This document shows positions 51,485 through 60,260 of a stretch of 64,000 nt of DNA, piece after piece; the first letter of the stretch is position 1; the number at the start of each line of letters is the position of its first letter. The stretch is taken from the NCBI GenBank assembly GCA_947259725.1, contig CAMYNM010000015.1, positions 4,227 through 68,226 of the forward strand. The letters run 5' to 3'. The stretch is from Thermoanaerobaculia bacterium. Lineage in GTDB: Bacteria > Acidobacteriota > Thermoanaerobaculia > Multivoradales > JAHEKO01. The position numbers and the translations under genes are program-made. The notes under the pieces were generated by a model, which saw nothing but the letters and a program-made list of their open reading frames with translations, was not told the origin of the DNA and did no database searches.

Positions 51485-52741
51485 ATGTCGAACTCCAACT
51501 ACGAATCCGCCACCGGATTCTCCGATTTCAACCTCGACCCCGCGCTCCACCGTGGGATCGCAGCGGCCGGCTTTACCGAGCCCCGACCGATCCAGCTCGA
51601 GACAATCCCGGCTGCACTCGTGGGCCGCGACATTCTCGGCCTGGCCCAGACGGGTACCGGAAAGACCGCTGCCTTCGCTCTGCCGGTGCTCGAGCGGACC
51701 CTTGCGGAGACCAAGCTCGGCCCTCGGGTGCTGGTTTTGGCGCCAACGCGCGAGTTGGCCGCCCAGGTCAGTGAAGAGATCCGCACCCTGGCCCGGTTCA
51801 CACGAATCAAGGTCGCCACGATCTTCGGCGGCGTCTCGGTCCATCGCCAACGCAAGGCCCTGGCCGCGCGGCCGGAGATCGTCGTCGCCTGCCCCGGACG
51901 ACTCCTCGATCTGATTCAGCAGGGCATCCTGAGCCTCGATCGGATCGAGACTCTGATCCTCGACGAGGCCGACCACATGTTCGACATGGGCTTTCTGCCG
52001 GACATCCGCCGCATCCTCGCCAAGCTGCCCGGCGAGCGGCAGAACCTCCTGTTCTCGGCCACGATGCCCGCGGAGATCCGCGGTCTGGCCGACAAGATTC
52101 TCAGGAATCCGCACGTCGTCGACGTCGCGAGTAGCCAGCCTCTCGCGACCATCGAGCACGCGCTCTACCCCGTCGAGAGCAACGGCAAGCTGGCCCTGCT
52201 CCAGCGCATTCTGGCCGAGGACGCCCTTTCCTCGGCGATCGTCTTCACCCGCACCAAGCATCGCGCCCGGCGCATCGCGCAGCAACTCGACCGCTCAGGT
52301 CACCGAGCCGTGGCTCTCCAGGGCAACATGTCCCAGGGACAGCGCGAACGAGCCATGGACGGGTTTCGCAAGCGTCGTTTCGACGTGCTCGTGGCCACCG
52401 ATATCGCCGCCCGCGGAATTGACGTGCAGCAAGTCTCTCATGTCGTCAACTTCGACATGCCCAACACCACCGACGCCTACACTCACCGGATCGGGCGCAC
52501 CGGCCGGTCCGAGCGCCAGGGCAAGGCGTACACGTTCGTCACCGCCGAGGATCGAGGTTTGGTGGTTCAAGTCGAGCGCCGGCTCGGAGCGCCGATTCCT
52601 CGCCGGAAGGTGGATGGACTCGACAGCATCCCGTTCCCGGAGACCCGAGCTGCGAGCCAGTCCCGACCGAAGACCGAGCCCTCTTCGCCCGCCCGTCCGA
52701 GGCGCCGCCGACCGCGCCACGCGCGTCGACGCAGCGCCTAG
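51485..52741 (+). CDS. rhlE: DEAD-box ATP-dependent RNA helicase (RhlE-like)
   Basis: Q-motif region, AQTGTGKT, PTRELA, DEAD (LILDEADHMF), SAT, HRIGRTGR, and a basic C-terminal tail. Confidence 0.93.
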   Translation: MSNSNYESATGFSDFNLDPALHRGIAAAGFTEPRPIQLETIPAALVGRDILGLAQTGTGKTAAFALPVLERTLAETKLGPRVLVLAPTRELAAQVSEEIRTLARFTRIKVATIFGGVSVHRQRKALAARPEIVVACPGRLLDLIQQGILSLDRIETLILDEADHMFDMGFLPDIRRILAKLPGERQNLLFSATMPAEIRGLADKILRNPHVVDVASSQPLATIEHALYPVESNGKLALLQRILAEDALSSAIVFTRTKHRARRIAQQLDRSGHRAVALQGNMSQGQRERAMDGFRKRRFDVLVATDIAARGIDVQQVSHVVNFDMPNTTDAYTHRIGRTGRSERQGKAYTFVTAEDRGLVVQVERRLGAPIPRRKVDGLDSIPFPETRAASQSRPKTEPSSPARPRRRRPRHARRRSA

Positions 52742-52819
52742 GGCGGACACGACCGGAACGCGTGGAGCCGAGCTGGTCGCCGCCGACCGACTCGGGCTCT
52801 TCGCGCAGCCGGTAAACTG

Positions 52820-52840
52820 GCGCCTCGAGGCGCGGTTCCT
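52820..52840 (+). terminator. Palindromic hairpin plus T-rich tail after the helicase gene
   Basis: Perfect 14-bp palindrome GCGCCTCGAGGCGC (52820-52833) followed by GGTTCCT and then TTG. It abuts the next gene's TTG start, so its role is ambiguous. Confidence 0.4.
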
Positions 52841-53290
52841 TTGATTCGAGCATCGCAGCAACGGCAAGTCGGCAAGCTCTTCTCACGCCTGCGCGCTCTC
52901 CACCTGCCTGCCGGCGACTACGTCGTGTTCGGCAGCGGACCGCTGGTCGTTCGCGGCATCATCGAGGCGAGCGGCGACCTCGATGTCGTCTGCCGAAAAG
53001 CTGCTTGGGACGCTGTCTGCGCCCTGGCTCCACCCAAGAAAGTCGCGCCGTGGGGCGTCGAGCTCGTGAGCCTCGACCAAGATCGGCTCACCTTCGGGCG
53101 ATCGTGGGCGATCGGCGAAGTGGACCCAGACCTTCTCATCGATACCGCCGAGATCATCGACGGCCTACCCTTTGCGCAACTCGAGCACGTGCTCGGCTAC
53201 AAGAAGCTCTCCCGCCGCCCGAAGGATCTCGCCCACCTCGAGGCGTACCGGGCGTGGCTTTCGGGCGGGCCCGACCTTTCCGTGCCTTGA
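52841..53290 (+). CDS. Pol-beta-fold nucleotidyltransferase-like protein
   Basis: VVFGSGPLVVRGIIEASGDLDVV fits hG[GS]-x(9-13)-DhD. C-terminal RRPKDLAHLEAY resembles minimal NTase / AbiEii-like tails. TTG start. Confidence 0.5.
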   Translation: MIRASQQRQVGKLFSRLRALHLPAGDYVVFGSGPLVVRGIIEASGDLDVVCRKAAWDAVCALAPPKKVAPWGVELVSLDQDRLTFGRSWAIGEVDPDLLIDTAEIIDGLPFAQLEHVLGYKKLSRRPKDLAHLEAYRAWLSGGPDLSVP

Positions 53291-53327
53291 GATCTGACGG
53301 CGGTGGCTTCGACGGTATCCTCTCACC

Positions 53328-54122
53328 ATGCCCGACCCGGACAGCCCCTACAGCCGGCTCAACTACCGCCGTCTGATCGCCTGGCCGGCACGGATCGAGC
53401 GCGAGTGGCCGTTTCTCGCAACCACGCTGGCTTCGGCGCCGGCGGCGAACGTGCTCGACGTCGGTTGCGGCACTGGCGAGCACGCCCGGCATCTCGCCTC
53501 GCGGGGTTTCCGAGCCGTCGGAATCGACCGGTCCGAAGCGCAGATCGACGAAGCCGAGAGCTACCAACGCGAGTTCGGCGAGCTGGGTCCGGAGTTTCTT
53601 CTCGGAGACGTCGCCGAGCTTCCCCGGCTCACCGACGAGCGCTTCGGCGCGGCCCTCTGCCTCGGAAACGTGCTGCCCCATCTCGAAGACCATGACCTGG
53701 CGCGGTCGCTCGAGGTCCTCGCCACCCGTTTACTCCCCGGCGGTCGGTTCGTCGTCCAGCTGATCAACTACGAGCGCGTCTTTACTCGCAAGATCCGCTC
53801 TCTACCGATCAACTTTCGCGACGACCCGGACACGGCGGGCGCCGAGATCGCCTTCGTCCGGCTGATGACGAGAGACGGCGAGCGGCACGTACGGTTCTAT
53901 CCCTTGACACTCGCTGTGCGGCCCGATCAGGAGCCGCCCATCGAGCTCGAGGCGGCCAAGGAGGTGCGCCTGCGCGCCTGGCGACGAACCGAGCTCAGCG
54001 CGGTGCTGGAACGAGCGGGGTTCGAGATCGACTCGGTCCATGGCGACATGGTTGGCGGCCCCTACGCCGCCGAAGACTCCCCGGACCTCGTGGTCGTCGC
54101 GCGGCGATCTCGCGCCGACTGA
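53328..54122 (+). CDS. Class I SAM-dependent methyltransferase
   Basis: Motif I VLDVGCGTGEH, with post-I and motif II regions (AVGIDRSEAQI, FGAALCLGNVL). Confidence 0.85.
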   Translation: MPDPDSPYSRLNYRRLIAWPARIEREWPFLATTLASAPAANVLDVGCGTGEHARHLASRGFRAVGIDRSEAQIDEAESYQREFGELGPEFLLGDVAELPRLTDERFGAALCLGNVLPHLEDHDLARSLEVLATRLLPGGRFVVQLINYERVFTRKIRSLPINFRDDPDTAGAEIAFVRLMTRDGERHVRFYPLTLAVRPDQEPPIELEAAKEVRLRAWRRTELSAVLERAGFEIDSVHGDMVGGPYAAEDSPDLVVVARRSRAD

Positions 54123-56409
54123 GCGCGGGCTTCTCTCCCGTTTCGAGTATCCTGCTTTGGCTTTGCTCGATCCGAGGACCGAGGGTGGCGCGATCCGGAT
54201 AACCGGCGCGGCCGCCGTTTTTGTCTGGCTCGCCCTGTCGTGGCCGCTCGTGACCGGCCGGAGCGCGCTTTTTCTACGCGACAACTTCAATCTCTTCCTG
54301 CCGCTCAAGGCCTACGGAGCCGAGCAGCTCGCGGCCGGACGAGTACCGGCGGTCAACACCACGTGGGGCCTGGGACAGCCGTTTCGCGGCAATCCCAACG
54401 CCTCGGCGTTCTACCCCGGGAATCTGCTCTACCTCCTGCTTCCGTTCTGGTCCGCCTGGGGCGCTCACTTTGCCCTCCACTGGCTCCTCGCCGCTCTGAC
54501 CATGGCCGCGCTCGCCCGAGAGCTCGGTTCGAGTCGAGCCGCCGCCTGCCTCGCAGCGCTCGGCTACGCCGGTTCGGGCTGGATGCTCTCGAACCTGACC
54601 TTCTACACCACGACCGTGGTCGTTGCCTGGTGGCCGCTCGTGGTCTGGGGCGCCCTCCGCGGAGGCCGGCGCGGACTCGGCGTCGGCGCGATCGCTTGCG
54701 GCCTGGCGCTTCTCGGCGGCGAGGTGGTTCTCGCTGCGCTCGGAATGCTTCCGGTCCTGGTCGTGGCGATCTGGCGCGCGGGGATGCGTCACGGCGTCGG
54801 CCGCACGTTCGCCGTCGGAGGCGCCGGCGCTCTCGTCGCCTTGCCGCAGCTGGTCGCCTTCGCCCGCGTCCTCCCGTACAGCTTCCGGGCGAGTCACGGC
54901 GTCCCCGCCGGTCAGGTCGGAGCCTACGCCCTCAGCCCGGAGCGGTTCTTCGAGCTTCTGGTGCCGTTCCCCTTCGGAGACCCGCTCATCGGCTCGACCG
55001 GCCTCGCCGGCGTCACCCTGACCCGCATGCCGTACATCCTGTCGATCTTCTTCGGTCTGGTGGCGCTGGCGATGGCGCTGAACGCGCGCCCCGTACAGGC
55101 GAAGCCCGCCAGCTGTGCCGCTGCGTTCCGCCCCTGCGCGGGGCTGGCCCTCTCGGGCCTGCTTCTTGCCTGGGTCGGAGGGCCGCTGGCGCCGCTTCTC
55201 AAGAGCGCGACGTTCGGTCTTTTCCGCTACCCCGAAAAGGCGATCTTCTGGCTGGCGCTCTCGCTTCCGCTTCTCGCCGCCATGGGCTATGACCGTGCAA
55301 GGCAAGGCGACGTCGATCGAAAGACGTGGTGGCTTCTCGCGGGCGTCCTCTCGGCGACCTTGGTGGCGGCCTTCGTGGTCCGAGCGCCGGCGACCGCCGC
55401 CCGCACACAGCTTGCCCAGCAGATCGCCGTCGCTCTGCTCGTCCTGGCTCTCATGGCCTGGGCGCTGGCGCGCAGGAAGACCGCCTGGCTTCTCGCGCTG
55501 CAACTGGCCTCCCTCGTCCAGCTTCACCCTCTCTGGCTCACCGAAGACACCTCCTTCTACCGAGAGCCGCGAGGTCTGGCCGAACGACTGGAAGGCTCAC
55601 GCAGCGTGATTCCGGTGGGCCTTCTCTACCCGCCCTGGCAGGATGCCGCTCACACACCGGCAGGGAGTGAGCCCTTCGCGCTCGCCCGAGCCAACGCCGT
55701 GGCCCTGGGTCAAGGGCCGGGAGTACTCCACGGGCTCACGTATCCGGCGGCGCCGGACGTCGAAGGACTGCACCACGTCTTCTTTCATTTCGCGCTGTTC
55801 TGGACGTCTCAGGGAACTTGGCCGGAGCGGCTCGCCTGGAGTCGGCAGCTGGGCGTCGAGGCCATAGCGATCGACCGCTCGCTTCCCGACCAGCTGGGCC
55901 TCGAGCCCCGAGCCGCGATCGACGTCGGCGGAGTCGTGACACGGCTCTACCGCCTGGAGCAGTCTCCGGCCCTGGCCTGGTGGCCCCGACGAGTCGAGAT
56001 CGCCTCCAGCCCTCGCCAGGCGTTCGAGCTAGTCGCCGATCGCAGCCAACCCGCCGACGGGGTCGCCGTGCCGTTCGCGCTCGACCACGCCGCCGGCGGC
56101 CGCGTCACCGCGATCGAGCATGCGCCCGATCACGTGACTCTCGAGGTATCGAGCGGTGGCGGCATCGCGGTCGTCCGGCGCGCGTTTCAGCCCTTCTGGC
56201 GGGCGCACCTGGGCGACCAGTCGCTGCCGGTCTTTCCGGTCGATCTCACCTTCCTGGGCGTCCAGGTGCCCGCGGGCGACCATCGCGTGGAGCTCACGAT
56301 CGACGCGAGACCCGAACGCTGGAGCGCCGTCGCGGCTCTACTCGTTTCGGTCCTTCTGATCCTGCTCTCGGTCAGCGATCGAAAGCGACCGCCAGCGCGA
56401 CCCGACTAA
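54040..56409 (+). CDS. Large polytopic membrane protein (YfhO / GT-C-like)
   Basis: More than 12 TM helices over about 500 aa, then a soluble C-terminal domain and a final TM helix. The ATG at 54040 overlaps the methyltransferase by 83 nt. In-frame TTG starts at 54157 and 54163 avoid the overlap, so the true start is uncertain. Confidence 0.6.
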   Translation: MATWLAAPTPPKTPRTSWSSRGDLAPTERGLLSRFEYPALALLDPRTEGGAIRITGAAAVFVWLALSWPLVTGRSALFLRDNFNLFLPLKAYGAEQLAAGRVPAVNTTWGLGQPFRGNPNASAFYPGNLLYLLLPFWSAWGAHFALHWLLAALTMAALARELGSSRAAACLAALGYAGSGWMLSNLTFYTTTVVVAWWPLVVWGALRGGRRGLGVGAIACGLALLGGEVVLAALGMLPVLVVAIWRAGMRHGVGRTFAVGGAGALVALPQLVAFARVLPYSFRASHGVPAGQVGAYALSPERFFELLVPFPFGDPLIGSTGLAGVTLTRMPYILSIFFGLVALAMALNARPVQAKPASCAAAFRPCAGLALSGLLLAWVGGPLAPLLKSATFGLFRYPEKAIFWLALSLPLLAAMGYDRARQGDVDRKTWWLLAGVLSATLVAAFVVRAPATAARTQLAQQIAVALLVLALMAWALARRKTAWLLALQLASLVQLHPLWLTEDTSFYREPRGLAERLEGSRSVIPVGLLYPPWQDAAHTPAGSEPFALARANAVALGQGPGVLHGLTYPAAPDVEGLHHVFFHFALFWTSQGTWPERLAWSRQLGVEAIAIDRSLPDQLGLEPRAAIDVGGVVTRLYRLEQSPALAWWPRRVEIASSPRQAFELVADRSQPADGVAVPFALDHAAGGRVTAIEHAPDHVTLEVSSGGGIAVVRRAFQPFWRAHLGDQSLPVFPVDLTFLGVQVPAGDHRVELTIDARPERWSAVAALLVSVLLILLSVSDRKRPPARPD

Positions 56410-56423
56410 GCAAGCCAGTCCAC

Positions 56424-56429
56424 TAAGAT
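56424..56429 (+). promoter_or_regulatory. -10-like box TAAGAT placed 6 nt before ATG 56436 (predicted leaderless mRNA)
   Basis: It has the same box-to-ATG geometry as 30629-30641. There is no SD upstream of the M16 peptidase start. Confidence 0.35.
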
Positions 56430-56435
56430 GCGCGG

Positions 56436-59303
56436 ATGCGACGCCGTTTCCGCCCGCCCTGGGCGTTTCTCTGTCTCGTCCTGCTGGCCAGTTTCACTGG
56501 ATGCCGCGCTACCGTCCCGAATGACTCTCCGGCCCTGGCGCCGTCGATCGAGCCCGCGCCATTCGCGCTCGAATCGCCGATCCCGATCGATCCCGAAGTC
56601 ACGATCGGCGCGCTCGATAACGGCCTGACCTACTACATCCGCGCCAACCCGAAGCCCGAGAACCGGGCCTCGCTTCGCCTTATCGTCAACGCCGGCTCGA
56701 CAGTCGAGGACGAAGACCAACGCGGGCTGGCGCACTTCGTCGAGCACATGGCGTTCAACGGAACGCGGAACTTCGCCAAGCAGCAATTGGTGGACTATCT
56801 CGAGCGAATCGGCATGCGGTTCGGCGCCGACGTCAACGCGTTCACGAGCTTCGACGAGACCGTCTACATGCTCGAGGTTCCAACCGACGACGCCGAGATT
56901 CTCGAGACCGGCTTCCAGATCCTCGAGGACTGGGCCCATCAGATCAGTTTCGAGGGCGAGGAGATCGACAAGGAGCGCGGCGTGGTGGTGGAAGAGTGGC
57001 GTTTGGGCCGCGGTGCCTCTGGCCGGATCCGAGATCGCCAGATCCCGGTGACTTTCCACGGCTCGCGGTACGCCGAGCGCCTGCCGATCGGTAAGAAGGA
57101 AGTCCTCGAGGACGCCCCGTACGAGGCACTCAAGAGCTTCTACCGCGATTGGTACCGGCCGGACCTGATGGCGATCGTCGCGGTTGGAGACTTCGACGAA
57201 GCCGACATCCTGGCGACCATCGAGAGACACTTCGGTCATCTGAAGGCAGCCGAACAGCCCCGTCCAAAGATCGATTTCGACATCCCCGATCACGTCGAGA
57301 CGCTGACCTCGATCGTCTCCGACCCGGAAGCCACGGCGATCGACGTGGCGGTGGGCTACAAGCGCCCGCACGAAGACACCGAAACTGTCGGCGACCTGCG
57401 CCAGCAAACCATCGACGGCCTGTATCACGGCATGATGAACGCCCGCCTGGGAGAGCTGACCCAGCTGCCCGATCCGCCCTACCAGTTCGGATCGGCCGGT
57501 TCCGGGAGCCTCGGACGGACGAAAGCGATCTATCAGCTCTTCGCCCGCGTTCGCGACGGCGGCGTGGCTCGCGGGCTCCGGACCCTACTGACCGAGGCCA
57601 AGCGCGTCGAGCAGCACGGGCTCACCGAGGCCGAGCTCGATCGCGCCAAGACCAACCTCCTGCGAAGTGTCGAGCGCGCCTACGAGGAGCGCGACAAACA
57701 GGAGTCCGGGCGCTACGCAGCGAGCTATCTCCGACACTTCCTCGACCAAAGTCCGCTGCCGAGCATCGAATACGTCCGCGACGCCTACAACGCCCTGCTG
57801 CCGGGCATCGCGCTCGCCGAGCTCAACGCTCGGGCCGACCAATGGATCACCGAGAACAATCGGGTCATCCTGGTGAGTGGACCTGATACCAGCGAAGCCG
57901 GCCTCCCCGACGAAGAAGGCCTGCTCGAGATTTTCACGGAAGTCGGAGAGCTTGCGGTCACTCCGTGGATCGACAAGACCCGGGATGAGCCACTGGTCGG
58001 GCGGCGCCCGGTTCCGGGGAGCATCGTCTCGGTGGAGGACTTCCCCGAGGTCGGAGCGACCCTCTGGAAACTCTCCAACGGCATCGAGCTTCTGCTCAAG
58101 TCTACCGACTTCAAGAACGACGAGATCCTGCTACGGGGCTACAGCCCGGGTGGACACTCACTGGTGCCCGACAAGGACTACGTGACGGCCACTCAGGCCG
58201 CAGCCATCGTGTCCGAGATGGGACTGGGCAACTTCGATCAGATCGAGCTCGGAAAGGCTCTCGCCGGCAAGGCCGCCGGCGTGCGCGCGGTCATCGGAGA
58301 GATCAGCGAGGGAGTCAGCGGCGGCGCCTCGCCCAAGGACCTCGAGACCCTGTTTCAGCTGCTCTATTTGAAGTTCACCGCGCCTCGTCGCGATGAAGAC
58401 GCCTACGCGTCGTACCTGACCACGGCGCGAGGCCGTCTCGAGAATCAGACCGCCTCTCCCGCCTTCTGGTTCAACGAGAAATGGAACCAGGTCACCTTCG
58501 GGGACCACCCCCGGCGGCGGCTCTTCACGCTGGACACCGTCGATCAGCTCGACCTCGACCGAGCGCTCGAGATCTACCGGGACCGTTTCGCGGACGCGTC
58601 CGATTTTCTCTTCACCATGGTCGGGAGCTTCGATCTCGACTCGCTGCGACCCCTGGTCGAGACCTGGTTGGCGTCGCTTCCCGCGACGGACCGCGGCGAA
58701 ACCTGGCGCGACGTCGACGCCTATGCCGTGCCCCGGGTCACCGAGTTCGAGGTTCGCAAGGGCATCGAGCCGAGGAGCACCGCTCGCCTGGTTTTCTTCG
58801 GATTTACCGAATGGAGCCCGCTCGACGCCCACCTGGCTTCGTCTCTCGCCCAGGCTCTGGGCATCCGGCTGCGTGAGGTCATGCGCGAAGACATGGGAGG
58901 CGTCTACGGCGTGAACGTCTACTCGAACCTGCGCCGCTATCCCAGAGGGCGGTACAACTCCGGGATCAGCTTCAGCTGCGATCCCGAGCGAACGGCCGAG
59001 CTTCTGGCCGCCGCCTTCGCCGAGATCGAGCGATTCAAGGGGGACGGACCGACCCAGGAAGTCGTCGACAAGGTCCGGGAGATCCAGCGGCGCAACCGAG
59101 AGACGAGCCTGGAGCAGAACGGCTTCTGGTTAGCCGCGCTGCACCTGCAGCAAGTCGACGGGCTCCCTCTTGCCGAGATCCTCGAATACGATCGGAAAAT
59201 CGAAGCCGTCTCCATCGAGTCGCTCCGTGACGCCGCGCGGCGCTACTTCGACAGCGAACGCTACACCCAAGGCGTTCTGGTCTCGGAAGAGACGGCGGAG
59301 TAA
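56436..59303 (+). CDS. M16-family (pitrilysin/insulinase-like) zinc peptidase, double-length lipoprotein
   Basis: Lipobox LASFTGC. Inverted zinc motif HFVEHMAFNGT (HxxEH). About 955 aa, with two M16 active/inactive halves. Confidence 0.9.
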   Translation: MRRRFRPPWAFLCLVLLASFTGCRATVPNDSPALAPSIEPAPFALESPIPIDPEVTIGALDNGLTYYIRANPKPENRASLRLIVNAGSTVEDEDQRGLAHFVEHMAFNGTRNFAKQQLVDYLERIGMRFGADVNAFTSFDETVYMLEVPTDDAEILETGFQILEDWAHQISFEGEEIDKERGVVVEEWRLGRGASGRIRDRQIPVTFHGSRYAERLPIGKKEVLEDAPYEALKSFYRDWYRPDLMAIVAVGDFDEADILATIERHFGHLKAAEQPRPKIDFDIPDHVETLTSIVSDPEATAIDVAVGYKRPHEDTETVGDLRQQTIDGLYHGMMNARLGELTQLPDPPYQFGSAGSGSLGRTKAIYQLFARVRDGGVARGLRTLLTEAKRVEQHGLTEAELDRAKTNLLRSVERAYEERDKQESGRYAASYLRHFLDQSPLPSIEYVRDAYNALLPGIALAELNARADQWITENNRVILVSGPDTSEAGLPDEEGLLEIFTEVGELAVTPWIDKTRDEPLVGRRPVPGSIVSVEDFPEVGATLWKLSNGIELLLKSTDFKNDEILLRGYSPGGHSLVPDKDYVTATQAAAIVSEMGLGNFDQIELGKALAGKAAGVRAVIGEISEGVSGGASPKDLETLFQLLYLKFTAPRRDEDAYASYLTTARGRLENQTASPAFWFNEKWNQVTFGDHPRRRLFTLDTVDQLDLDRALEIYRDRFADASDFLFTMVGSFDLDSLRPLVETWLASLPATDRGETWRDVDAYAVPRVTEFEVRKGIEPRSTARLVFFGFTEWSPLDAHLASSLAQALGIRLREVMREDMGGVYGVNVYSNLRRYPRGRYNSGISFSCDPERTAELLAAAFAEIERFKGDGPTQEVVDKVREIQRRNRETSLEQNGFWLAALHLQQVDGLPLAEILEYDRKIEAVSIESLRDAARRYFDSERYTQGVLVSEETAE

Positions 59304-59500
59304 TGAAGGTAGACCCCGACGGCAACGGCGTCGAGCTCTACCGGGTTCGGCCGCCGGAGGAATGGCCGCGCGACGCGGCAGGCAACCTCGCGATGGTCAC
59401 CGAGCCGCTCGACCTGGAAGAACTCCTCGCCCAGGCCGAGCCTTCGTCTCCGCCATCGGACTGGTCGAGCGCCGGCGCTCCGAGAGCCCGAACGCGATAG
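59303..59500 (+). pseudogene. Probable 5'-truncated remnant of a VOC/glyoxalase (COG2514-like) gene
   Basis: The 65-aa ORF starts with ...DPDGNGVELYRVRPPEEWPRDAAGNLAMVTEPLDLEELL. This matches the last beta-strand and linker of a VOC domain, and the rest of the domain is absent. Its ATG overlaps the M16 stop (TAATG). Confidence 0.35.
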
Positions 59501-59513
59501 CCAGCGCGCTGAC

Positions 59514-60158
59514 CTACACGGCCGGGGCGGCAACCAGATCCAGCTTGACGAGGACATCGTCTCGAATCAGGTCCTCGGCCTTGCCGGGGTAGACGATGTC
59601 GAAGTCGAAGCGCTTGATCGCGAACTCCGCCGACGCGAGGATCTCGCCGTCGCCGACCTCGATCTGCGCGGGGAAGCTGATCTGTTTGGTCACGCCGTGG
59701 AGCTCGAGGTTCCCGGTCACCGTGTAGCCGCCTTCTTCGCCGCTCTCGATCGACGACGACGTGAAAGCCGCCATGGGATAGGTCTCGACCTCGAAGAAGT
59801 CGGCGCTCTTCAGGTGCCCGGTCAAGCGCTCGTCGTCGGCCCAGAGCGACGTCGTGTCGATCTCCACCTCGAAGCTCGAGCTCTCGGGGTCGCCATCGAC
59901 CAGCCAGATCGAGCCGGCAAAGCTCTCGAAGCCGCCCTCGTGGGATCCGGTGACCTTGGAGCCGACGAAACCGATGGTCGAATCGGAGGTCATGACGTAG
60001 GGAACGCCCTCGTCGGCCATGGCCATTTCGGCGGGCGGCGCCGCCTCTCCGACCGTGGCCTGGGGAGCGTCGGCAGCCGGATCGGCGCAACCGATCGCCA
60101 GCGGCAGCAGAAGAAAAGTGAAAAGGGTCAGTAACTGGCGGTTCCTGGATGCAAACAT
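59514..60158 (-). CDS. YceI-family lipoprotein (polyisoprenoid-binding)
   Basis: Lipobox LAIGC. GSKVTGSHEGGFESFAGSI and LELHGVTKQISFP are typical of YceI. ATG at 60158 has an AGGAGA SD. Confidence 0.85.
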   Translation of the reverse strand: MFASRNRQLLTLFTFLLLPLAIGCADPAADAPQATVGEAAPPAEMAMADEGVPYVMTSDSTIGFVGSKVTGSHEGGFESFAGSIWLVDGDPESSSFEVEIDTTSLWADDERLTGHLKSADFFEVETYPMAAFTSSSIESGEEGGYTVTGNLELHGVTKQISFPAQIEVGDGEILASAEFAIKRFDFDIVYPGKAEDLIRDDVLVKLDLVAAPAV

Positions 60159-60260
60159 GGGTGTGATTCTCCTGGTCTTGTTCTCCGAGCGCGCAAGTTT
60201 AGCCGGGAGGGGGCCGCACGACAAGCGGCGCGCTCGCTCCCGCCCACCGGAACCCGGACC

